Positions 31,019-39,133 of a stretch of DNA of 64,000 nt are shown in pieces. The DNA comes from Alphaproteobacteria bacterium. GTDB lineage: Bacteria > Pseudomonadota > Alphaproteobacteria > UBA828. Below the pieces are notes generated by a model that did not search any database, had not been told where the DNA came from, and was given only the letters and a program-made list of their open reading frames with translations. The number at the start of each line of letters is the position of its first letter. Position 1 is the first letter of the stretch. The stretch is taken from positions 1,101,770 through 1,165,769 of the forward strand of contig CAXXMU010000001.1 in assembly GCA_963667785.2 (NCBI GenBank), read 5' to 3'. The translations under genes and the position numbers were made by a program.

Positions 31019-32935
31019 CTACTCGGCCGCGTCGCGCGCGGCTCCCTCGCTCTGCGCGAGCCAGCCGGCGTCCGGGTCGCTCCAGCCGTCAGGCCAGGCG
31101 ATGGCGCCCTCGGCCTTCCGGTCCTCGAAGTAGGGGCCCCGGTCGAAGAGGGGGAGCGGCCCGCGCCGCGCCGCCATCTCGGCTCTGAGCTTCAGTGTCG
31201 CCGCGTCGTCGACCTGCCAGTCGGCGCCCTCGCGGGTCACGACGACGCCGTAGCGCTCGCGGGCTGCGGCGGCCGAGACCAGCCCACTCTCGACATCGCG
31301 GCAGACGGTGGCCGGTTCGCGCCGGAGCGCGTCGCCCCAGCCACCGCCGCCGGTGGTCGCGATGCGCACGACCGATCCCGCTTTCACCTCGATGCCGTCG
31401 GCCATGCCGGCGACCTGCCGCTCGTCGCCTCCCGGCACGGTGACGGAGATCGCGTAGGGAGTGCCCGGTTCGCCGCCGTTGACGCCGTAGGTGTTCAGCA
31501 TGGCGCGGTCGGCGTTGGAGAGGAGCGTCGAGTCCTCGAGGACGCGGATGCGCTTGTCGTAGCCGAGCCCGCCCCGGCGGTAGCCGGCGCCGCCGGAATC
31601 CCGGTTGAGCCCGAGCCGCTCGATACGGATGGGATAGCGCGTCTCCGAGAACTCGGCCGGCAGGTTGCGTGAGTTGGGTACGATGTGCACCACGTCGCTG
31701 CCGTCGGCCCAGGGCCGGCCCGGCCCGCCGCCGCCGAGGACCTCGCGGAACAGGTAGAAGTCGCCGCTCTCCGCCCGGCCGTGCAGCCCCCAGATGCGGA
31801 TGGTCTCGTGATCGGCCGGCATGCGCCCGCCGGTCGCCTTCGAGAGGCAGGCGGCGAAGACGCCGAGCGCGCGGAGCAGGATGAAGAAGCGCATGCCCGT
31901 GGGCCGGCCGAAGGTGGGCGTCACCAGCGTGCCCTTGCCGGGAAAGACCACGTCGATCACGTCGAGCACGCCCTCGTTCATGTCGATCTCGGCGGCACGC
32001 TCGGGCGAATCCGCCAGCGAGCGGAGCACCGGCGCCATCCATTTGCGCACGAAGCGGCCTTCGGCGTAGTCGATCGGCCAGTTGATGGGGCCCTTGGTCT
32101 CCGGATCCGTGCCGGTGAAGTCGAGGGTGATCTTCTCCGGCGTCTTGGTCATGGTGAGCCGGAGCGCATGCAGGCGCGGCGGATCGACGCCGTCGTTCTC
32201 GATGTAATCCTCCCAGTGGTAGACGCCGTCGGCGATCTTGGGCAGGAGCTCGCGCCGGAGCGTCTCGGCGCAGTTCTCGACGATGGCGTCGAACGCGGCC
32301 TCGAGCACGTCGGCGCCGTAACGCTCTGCCATCGCGACGACGCGGGCGGAGCCCAGCCGCGCGGCACCGATCTCCGCGTCGATATCGCCCTCCAAGTGGT
32401 CGGCGAGGCGGGAGTTGCGCCCGATGATGGTGTAGGCCGCCTTGTTGAGCACGCCTCGCTCGTAGAGCTTGATGGGCGGCACGACGAGGCCCTCGGACCA
32501 CATGTCGGTGGCATGCACGGGCAGGCTGCCCGGCACCGAGCCGCCGACATCATCGTGATGGCCGAAGACCTGGCTGAAGCCGATCAGCCGGCCCTCGTGG
32601 AACACCGGGATCGTCGTGCAGAGATCGGGCACATGCCCGATGCCGCCCGCGCTGTTGTAGGGATCGTTCCAGAAGAAGACATCGCCCTCGTGAATGTCTT
32701 CCGCCCCGAAATACTCGAACACGGGCTCGACCAGGGCGGAGTAGGAGCGCCCGGTGAGCTTGCGGCCCCTGGCGTCGAAGAGAGCGACGCGATAGTCGTG
32801 CTGGTCGCGGATCATGGGCGAGCGGGCCGTGCGCTCCACCGCCGCCTCGATCTCGAGCTCCGCAGAACGGACGGCGCCGACGATGACCTCGAGCTCGATC
32901 GGCCCGAGCATGGCCTTCGCGTCCTTCTTCGTCAT
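31019..32935 (-). CDS. Hydantoinase B/oxoprolinase subunit, pair 2
   Basis: Start MTKKDAK at 32935 overlapping A-subunit stop; NDPY...GHVPD, GHHDDVGG, DSGGAGYRRGG, TGGGGWGD. Confidence 0.9.
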   Translation of the reverse strand: MTKKDAKAMLGPIELEVIVGAVRSAELEIEAAVERTARSPMIRDQHDYRVALFDARGRKLTGRSYSALVEPVFEYFGAEDIHEGDVFFWNDPYNSAGGIGHVPDLCTTIPVFHEGRLIGFSQVFGHHDDVGGSVPGSLPVHATDMWSEGLVVPPIKLYERGVLNKAAYTIIGRNSRLADHLEGDIDAEIGAARLGSARVVAMAERYGADVLEAAFDAIVENCAETLRRELLPKIADGVYHWEDYIENDGVDPPRLHALRLTMTKTPEKITLDFTGTDPETKGPINWPIDYAEGRFVRKWMAPVLRSLADSPERAAEIDMNEGVLDVIDVVFPGKGTLVTPTFGRPTGMRFFILLRALGVFAACLSKATGGRMPADHETIRIWGLHGRAESGDFYLFREVLGGGGPGRPWADGSDVVHIVPNSRNLPAEFSETRYPIRIERLGLNRDSGGAGYRRGGLGYDKRIRVLEDSTLLSNADRAMLNTYGVNGGEPGTPYAISVTVPGGDERQVAGMADGIEVKAGSVVRIATTGGGGWGDALRREPATVCRDVESGLVSAAAARERYGVVVTREGADWQVDDAATLKLRAEMAARRGPLPLFDRGPYFEDRKAEGAIAWPDGWSDPDAGWLAQSEGAARDAAE

Positions 32936-34983
32936 CGCACCTTCTCCATGACCAGATTGCCGTAGCGGTCGCAGGCGATGCGCCAAGCCGCAGGCACGAC
33001 CACGGTCGACCCATATTCCTCGACGATGAGCGGGCCGTCGAGCCGGTTTCCCGGCGAGAGCGCCTCGCGACGGTATACCGGGCAGGCGACCCAGCCCGTG
33101 TTCCGCCAGTAGACGGGCCGCTCGGCCACCGGCGACGCCGGGCCGCCACTCTCGGGCAGCTCGTGTGCCGCGGGCCGCTCGACCTGGCCGATCACCTGCA
33201 CGCGCAGGTTCACCACCTCCACGTCCTGGCGGCCTTCATAGTCGAAGCCGAAGGCGTCCGCGTGCACCCGGTGGAAGGAGGACCACATCGCCGCGACCGC
33301 GTCTGCGCCCGCCACGCCCGGCGGAATCTCGACGGGGACCTCGTGGCCTTCGCCGACATAGCGCACGTCGGCGCTGCGCCGGAGCTCGATGCGCGTCGCC
33401 GTCACGCCCTCGGCCATCACCTCGGCACGGCCGATCTCCTCCAGCTCGCGCCAGGCGCCGTCGATCTCGCCCGCATCGGCGCCCGCCTGCTGGCGCACCA
33501 GGGTGCGGACGTAGTCGCGCTTGATGTCGGAGACATGCAGGCCGAAGGCGGAGAGGTTGCCCGGGTCGGGAGGCGAGAGAATCCGCCCGATGGCGAGGAA
33601 GTCCGCCACCTCGGCCGCAAACATGCCGCCCGCGCCGCCGAACGCCGCCAGCACGTAGCGGCCGGGCTCCCGCCCCCGGCTGGTGGTGACCTGGCGGATG
33701 CCGTGGACCTGGTTCGCGGCGGCGATCTCGAAGACGCCGGCCGCGGTCTCCTCCGGCGAGAGGTCGAAGCGCTTCCCGAGCCGGACGAAGCCCTCTCTCG
33801 CCGCCGCGGCATCGAGCATCAGCCCGCCGCCGATGAGGCGGTCGGGCAGCCGGCCCAGCACCAGGGCCGCGTCGGTAACCGTCGGTCGCGTGCCGCCGCG
33901 TCGGTAGCAGATGGGGCCGGGGTCCGCACCGGCGCTCTCCGGTCCCACCTTGAGCGCGCCGTAGTCGTCCACCCAGGCCAGCGATCCGCCGCCGGCGCCG
34001 ACGGTGGCGATGTCGAGCATGGGCGTCTTGACCGGATAGTGCTCGACCAGCGACTGGCTGGTGAGCTGGGGCTTGAGCCCCTCGACCAGGGAGATGTCGG
34101 TCGACGTGCCGCCGACATCGAGGGTGAGAACGTCCTCGAAGCCCGCGAGCCGCGCCATGTGCACGGCGCCCAGCACGCCCGCCGCCGGGCCCGAGAGCAG
34201 CATGGTCACGGGCCGCTCGCCTGCGGTCGCGTGGCGCACGACGCCGCCGTTCGATTGCATGATGAGGAACGGCGCGCCGCCCTCGCCGGCGCCGATGCGC
34301 GAGGCGGCGGAGCGCAGATAGGTCTGGCAGTAGGGCTTCACCAGCACGTCGATGAGGGTGGTCATCGCCCGCTCGTACTCGCGGTATTCGGGCAACACCA
34401 CCGAGGAGAGCGAGACGAAGAGATCCGGGTAGTGCCGGGCGATGAGCGCGCCAGCGCGGCGCTCGTGGGCGTCGTTGGCGTAGGCATGCAGGAAGCAGAC
34501 GGCGACACAGACGACCCCGCGTTCTGCGAGCGCGCCGACGGCCTCCACGAGTCCCTGCTCGTCGAGCGCCTCCAGCTCCTCGCCCCGGTGAGTCATGCGG
34601 CCCTTCACCTCGCGCACCAGGTGAAGCGGCACGAGCCGCGGCGGCTTCACCCAGAAGAAGGAGTTGCCGTAGCCGTCCGGGACCGACTGGCGCGCGATCT
34701 CGATGACGTGGCGGAAGCCCTCGGTCACGATGAGGCCGAGCCCGTCGAACTGATGCTGCAGAACGGCGTTGGTCGCGGTCGTCGAGCCGTGCAGGAGGCA
34801 GGCAAGGGCGTCCTCCTCCGCGCTCGCCGCCTCGGCCGCCTTGCGGACGCCGTCGAGCAAGCCGACGCTCGGGTCCGCCGGCGTGCTCGGTGTCTTCAGG
34901 GCGTAGCGGCTGCCGTCCGTCTCGTCGATGGCGACGACGTCGGTGAAGGTGCCGCCCGTATCGATCGCGATCCTGAGGCCCAT
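32932..34983 (-). CDS. Hydantoinase/oxoprolinase A subunit, pair 2
   Basis: MGLRIAIDTGGTFTD at 34983; HGSTTATN, QSNGG, SGPAAG, DVGGTSTD, GAGGGS. Confidence 0.92.
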   Translation of the reverse strand: MGLRIAIDTGGTFTDVVAIDETDGSRYALKTPSTPADPSVGLLDGVRKAAEAASAEEDALACLLHGSTTATNAVLQHQFDGLGLIVTEGFRHVIEIARQSVPDGYGNSFFWVKPPRLVPLHLVREVKGRMTHRGEELEALDEQGLVEAVGALAERGVVCVAVCFLHAYANDAHERRAGALIARHYPDLFVSLSSVVLPEYREYERAMTTLIDVLVKPYCQTYLRSAASRIGAGEGGAPFLIMQSNGGVVRHATAGERPVTMLLSGPAAGVLGAVHMARLAGFEDVLTLDVGGTSTDISLVEGLKPQLTSQSLVEHYPVKTPMLDIATVGAGGGSLAWVDDYGALKVGPESAGADPGPICYRRGGTRPTVTDAALVLGRLPDRLIGGGLMLDAAAAREGFVRLGKRFDLSPEETAAGVFEIAAANQVHGIRQVTTSRGREPGRYVLAAFGGAGGMFAAEVADFLAIGRILSPPDPGNLSAFGLHVSDIKRDYVRTLVRQQAGADAGEIDGAWRELEEIGRAEVMAEGVTATRIELRRSADVRYVGEGHEVPVEIPPGVAGADAVAAMWSSFHRVHADAFGFDYEGRQDVEVVNLRVQVIGQVERPAAHELPESGGPASPVAERPVYWRNTGWVACPVYRREALSPGNRLDGPLIVEEYGSTVVVPAAWRIACDRYGNLVMEKVR

Positions 34984-35015
34984 GCCCGGCTCGCTCACCT
35001 GCCGCCGGGACGCCG

Positions 35016-36221
35016 CTAGTCCCAGTAGACCGGCGTGGTGGTGATGACCTCCACGCCGTCCTTGCCCACGATCAGGTTCTGCTCGAAGCCCACGGCGCCG
35101 ACCCCCTCCCAGGCGAGGAAGGCTTCCGAGCTGCAGACCATGTTCTCCAGGATGAGCTGGTCCTCGTCGCAGGTGGAGAGCCCGTACATCGGGTTCTCGA
35201 ACATCATGTCGCAGAGGTGGCCGTAGAGCGGCCACTGCAGGCCCGCCTGATCGACCGTATCGCCACCGCCGGCCTCCCTGGTGAGCCGGTCGCCCTCGCG
35301 CGCGAGCTCGTGGGGCGAGACGCCGGGGCGGATCTTCGCCATGACGCCGTCCACGATACCCATGCAGGCCTCGAGCAGCTCCCGCTGGACGGTGCTGGGG
35401 TGGCGCCCGCACACCGCCGTCCGTCCCGGATCGAGAAAATAGCCGTGGCGCATCGGCCCCATGATCCAGGCACGCACGAAATCACCCTCGCCCGGCGCCG
35501 AGTCCGGATCGGCGCCGCTCAACGGATAGCGGCTGAAATTGTTCATCTCGTCGCCGGTGCCGTGGGAGAGGCGGATGATCGCGGGGATGCCGCCCCGGCG
35601 CACCACCTCGGCGGCGCCGGCGGCCGCGGCCTTCGCCTCGGTCCGGCCGCTGACGAGGCCCTCCATGATCAGGGTGAGCGCGCGGCTGGCGATGTCGCCG
35701 GCCTCGCGGAAGACCTCCAGCTCGCGCGCGCTCTTGACGTGCTGAACCGATTTGACGAGGTCGTCCTCGGGCCGCCAGTCGATGCTCGGGCACCACTCGC
35801 GCAGCCAGTCCATGTATTTGCAAGGCAGGAAGTCGGTGCCGACGATGGCGACCGGGCCGGCGATCCCGTGGGCGTTTAGCGCGTCTGCCGTGCCCTTGAT
35901 CGGGTTCTGGTGCCAGTGCCAGTTGTCGGTGGCGAGCCAGTCCGCCGGCTCAAGGAGCTCGTCATTATGCAGCTCGGGCTCGTGGCCCGCCCGCATGATC
36001 ACGGCGTTGTGGCCGCGCCCCTGCCAGAGGTTGTTGTCGGGCGTCTGGCCGGGGTGCCCGGAGTAGTGGTTGACCAGCCAGAGCAGGTTCGCGCAGCGGT
36101 CGTAGGAGCTGGCACCCCGCGACCAGATGACGGCCGTCTCGTAGCCCCGGCGCGCCATCTCGCCCTGGACCTTGGCCCAGCGCGCCTCGTATTCCTCCCT
36201 GGGAAAGACCTGACTCGTCAT
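35016..36221 (-). CDS. M24 family (creatinase/aminopeptidase P fold) hydrolase
   Basis: Creatinase_N start FPREEYEARWAKV, VKSARELEVFREA, GYFLDPGRT, GFEQNLIV. Confidence 0.8.
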   Translation of the reverse strand: MTSQVFPREEYEARWAKVQGEMARRGYETAVIWSRGASSYDRCANLLWLVNHYSGHPGQTPDNNLWQGRGHNAVIMRAGHEPELHNDELLEPADWLATDNWHWHQNPIKGTADALNAHGIAGPVAIVGTDFLPCKYMDWLREWCPSIDWRPEDDLVKSVQHVKSARELEVFREAGDIASRALTLIMEGLVSGRTEAKAAAAGAAEVVRRGGIPAIIRLSHGTGDEMNNFSRYPLSGADPDSAPGEGDFVRAWIMGPMRHGYFLDPGRTAVCGRHPSTVQRELLEACMGIVDGVMAKIRPGVSPHELAREGDRLTREAGGGDTVDQAGLQWPLYGHLCDMMFENPMYGLSTCDEDQLILENMVCSSEAFLAWEGVGAVGFEQNLIVGKDGVEVITTTPVYWD

Positions 36222-36303
36222 GGTCGCTCACCGGATCCGGCAATGCCTGCGCGGTCGCTCGCCGTCGCAGGGTAATGCCTTCGGCGCCGTTCCACCAAGC
36301 CCT

Positions 36304-36648
36304 TCACCGGTTTCGCTCGGGTCGGGAGCCGCGCCCGCAGCGGCGTCGCGCCCAGAGCCGGCCGCCTGAGCCGGTGGCCTCGATCGCCGTGAGCCGTTCG
36401 ACCGCGACCATGCTGGCCAACGCCGCCCGGAGCGAGCGGCCGGACACCAGGTACTTGCTGATCCTGCCGGCGGGGAGCGTCGTGTCGCGCGCCCTCAGCG
36501 CGCCGGAGACGAAGGCGCGGATCTCGGCGAACGAGCGGGGCTCGGCGAGGAGCGGCGACAGCAGCGCCTCGAATGCGTCAAGCTCGAGCTGCCTCTCCCA
36601 TTCGACCGTGATCTTCTGCTCGAAGCTGTAGCTGCCCTCCAGCAGCAC
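36304..36648 (-). pseudogene. Coding-like segment of unknown function; probable 3' remnant of a truncated gene or small hypothetical protein
   Basis: Strong G/C third-position bias across VLLEGSYSFEQKITVEWERQLELDAFEALL...; abuts the LysR stop with no clear RBS. Confidence 0.45.
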
Positions 36649-36676
36649 CGCATCGCGGCACGCCGGGGACTCTCGC

Positions 36677-37597
36677 CTAGCGCGGCGCGCCTGTGCCATG
36701 AACCGGACCGTTCGCCGCGTGCTCCCGCGCCCGCGTGAGCCTGCCGTCCAGCACTCGGACCATGGCGGCCGCCAGGGCACGCATGGCGCCGGTGGCGCCG
36801 CCGGGGTTCCAGAAGAGCCCGATGTCGAAGTCGTCGAGCGCGGGCAGCTCGGCGCAGGGCGGCAGCGCGCGCAGCGTCGGCGGCACGGTGCTCGTCGAGA
36901 TCGCGGTGAGGCCGAGCCCGCTCTCGATCGCCGCCTGGTTGCCCGCGAGGTTGGAGCTGGAATAGACGATCCTGTAGGGGATGTCCCGGCGCCGCAGCGC
37001 GCCGAGCACGCGCAGGCGGTACTGGCAGCCGTCGGGGAAGAGCACCAGGGGAAGCGGGCGTCGTGCCCGCAAGTCGTGGGTCTGGCTGCCGACCCAGGCC
37101 ATCGGCTCGCGCCAGAGATCCGTCGGATGCGCGGTGGCGGAGTCGTCGTGCACCGCGAGAACGATGTCGAACTCGCTGCGGGCGAGCCTGGCGATCAGGT
37201 CGCGGCTCAGCTCGCAGGTCACGTCGAGCGCGATATCGGGGTTGGTCTCCGAGAAGCGACCGAGAAGCTGCGGCAGGAAGGAGAGCGCGAAGTCGCTCGG
37301 GATTCCCACGCGGATCGTCCCGGTGAGGATGCCGCCGTCGAGCCGGCCGACGCACTCGTCGTTCAGGGCCACGATCTGCTTGGCGTATTCGAGGACGATC
37401 TCGCCCTGCGGCGTGAGCCCGAAGGACTTGCCGGCGCTGGTGAGGACCGGCGAGCCGACGATCTGCTGCAGCCGCCGCATCTGCAGACTCACCGCCGACT
37501 GCGAGCGGCCGATCTCGTCTCCCGTCCGCGAGAAGCTCCTGGTCCGCGCCAGGACGAGCAGGGTCCTCAACAGGTCGATCGGGAGGATGCGTTCCAT
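36677..37597 (-). CDS. LysR-type transcriptional regulator
   Basis: IDLLRT...SFSRTGDEIGRSQSAVSLQMRRL HTH; GTIRVGIPSD substrate-binding domain. Confidence 0.95.
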   Translation of the reverse strand: MERILPIDLLRTLLVLARTRSFSRTGDEIGRSQSAVSLQMRRLQQIVGSPVLTSAGKSFGLTPQGEIVLEYAKQIVALNDECVGRLDGGILTGTIRVGIPSDFALSFLPQLLGRFSETNPDIALDVTCELSRDLIARLARSEFDIVLAVHDDSATAHPTDLWREPMAWVGSQTHDLRARRPLPLVLFPDGCQYRLRVLGALRRRDIPYRIVYSSSNLAGNQAAIESGLGLTAISTSTVPPTLRALPPCAELPALDDFDIGLFWNPGGATGAMRALAAAMVRVLDGRLTRAREHAANGPVHGTGAPR

Positions 37598-37619
37598 CTC
37601 GGTCCGGCAGGCCGTCGAT

Positions 37620-37657
37620 CATTCAGGCTGCAAATGGATCGGCACAAATCCATTTGC
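37620..37657. promoter_or_regulatory. LysR-type binding site and 10-bp inverted repeat
   Basis: CATT-N9-AATG (T-N11-A dyad) at 37620-37636; GCAAATGGAT-N8-ATCCATTTGC at 37630-37657. Confidence 0.55.
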
Positions 37658-37750
37658 GTGCATCATGGTCGTGCCGGTGTCCGGCCGTGTCAACGGCGGT
37701 ACCGGCGCAGGCCACGCGCGCGTTCGATCAGAGTTCCTCATGCAGCTATT

Positions 37751-37771
37751 TTGACTATTTATGTCAACAAT
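37751..37771. promoter_or_regulatory. AT-rich palindromic operator candidate upstream of the creatinase-like operon
   Basis: TTGAC-N7-GTCAA (37751-37767) overlapping TGTCAACA in a very GC-rich background. Confidence 0.45.
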
Positions 37772-37860
37772 CCACTGCGGGGTGCTATTGGTGGTCGCTG
37801 CGATGGCCTGCCGGAGCGATACTTGGGCCTAACAACGAAACAAGGTCGAGAGGGGGCGCC

Positions 37861-39099
37861 GTGAACGACGGGGAGAAGATCACGACACAGAAAGTGTGGA
37901 GCGACGGCGAGATGCGGCGTCGCCTGCGCAATCTCCACGCGCTGATGGACCGAGAGTCCTTCGACGCCGTGATCCTGACGAGTCTCCACAACGTCCTCTA
38001 CTACACCGGCTTCTTCTGCCCGCCCTTCGGCCGGCTGCACTCGGCGGTCATCCCAAGGAAGGGCGAGCCGGCGCTGATCGTCTCCAGTATCGAGGATGTC
38101 CGCCCCCGGCACTGCTGCTACTTCGACGACATCCGCCCCTTCCACGACTGGGAGATGAGCCCGCTCGAAAACAACGTGCGGCTCTTCGGGGAGGTGCTGA
38201 GCGACAACGGCATCACGGGCGGCCGCCTTGGCTACGAGGAGGACTCGGTGTCGGTCGGGTTCAAGGCGATGCTCGACGGCGCGCTCGGCGGCTTCGAGTT
38301 CGCCGACGTCGCCTACGACACCATGCGCCAGCGCCTGGTCAAGTCGGAGGAAGAGATCGCTCTCATCCGACAGGGCGTCGAGGTCTGCGAGGTCGGCGGC
38401 TACGCGGCGCTGGAGGCGCTGAAGCCGGGCGTCACCGAGGTCGAGATGGCGCGGGCCGCCAACTCCGCGGTCGAGGACGAGCTCCGCCGGCGCTTCCCCG
38501 ACATCGAGGTCGACAACCTCAACATGTGCTGGATCCAGACCGGGCCCTATCGGAGCCGCGTCGGCCACATCATGAACGCGCACCGGGTCGTGCAGAAGGG
38601 CGAGATGATCAGCGTGAACCCCTACGCGATCATCGGCGGCTACTACCACGTGCTGGAGCGCAGCCTCTACTGGGGGCACATCCCCGACGAGGCGCTCGCC
38701 GTCTTCAAGACCAACGTCGAGGCGCATCACGCCGGACTTCGCACTCTGCGCGCAGGCATCAGGTGCTCGGATGTCGACAAGGTCGTCAACCCGATCTACC
38801 GGGACGCGGGCCTCCTGGAGGGGCGCTCGTTCGGAACTGGCCACTCGGTCGGAATCATGTCCATCTGGTTCGGGCGCGAGGAAGGCGGCGAGCTGCGCCA
38901 GTACAACGACACCGTGCTCGAGGAGAACATGGTCGTGACCATGGAGCCGATGGTGAACGTGGACGGGCTCGGCGGCTTCCGCCATCACGACATCTGCCGC
39001 ATCACCGCCGACGGCATCGAGAACCTCAACACCTTCCCGCGCGGGGTCCTGCTGGCCGGCGACGACGGGAGGCTGGAAGAGCTTTGGCTGCCTTCGTGA
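37861..39099 (+). CDS. Creatinase (creatine amidinohydrolase)-like protein, M24 fold
   Basis: GTG start; SDGEMRRR, TSLHNVLYY, PFGR, GYYHVLER, FGTGHS, FGREEG, MEPM, GGFRHHD parallel creatinase rather than metallo-aminopeptidase motifs. Confidence 0.82.
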   Translation: MNDGEKITTQKVWSDGEMRRRLRNLHALMDRESFDAVILTSLHNVLYYTGFFCPPFGRLHSAVIPRKGEPALIVSSIEDVRPRHCCYFDDIRPFHDWEMSPLENNVRLFGEVLSDNGITGGRLGYEEDSVSVGFKAMLDGALGGFEFADVAYDTMRQRLVKSEEEIALIRQGVEVCEVGGYAALEALKPGVTEVEMARAANSAVEDELRRRFPDIEVDNLNMCWIQTGPYRSRVGHIMNAHRVVQKGEMISVNPYAIIGGYYHVLERSLYWGHIPDEALAVFKTNVEAHHAGLRTLRAGIRCSDVDKVVNPIYRDAGLLEGRSFGTGHSVGIMSIWFGREEGGELRQYNDTVLEENMVVTMEPMVNVDGLGGFRHHDICRITADGIENLNTFPRGVLLAGDDGRLEELWLPS

Positions 39100-39133
39100 A
39101 GAGGGCTGTCGCCCCGGCGGGCCGAGCGGGACG

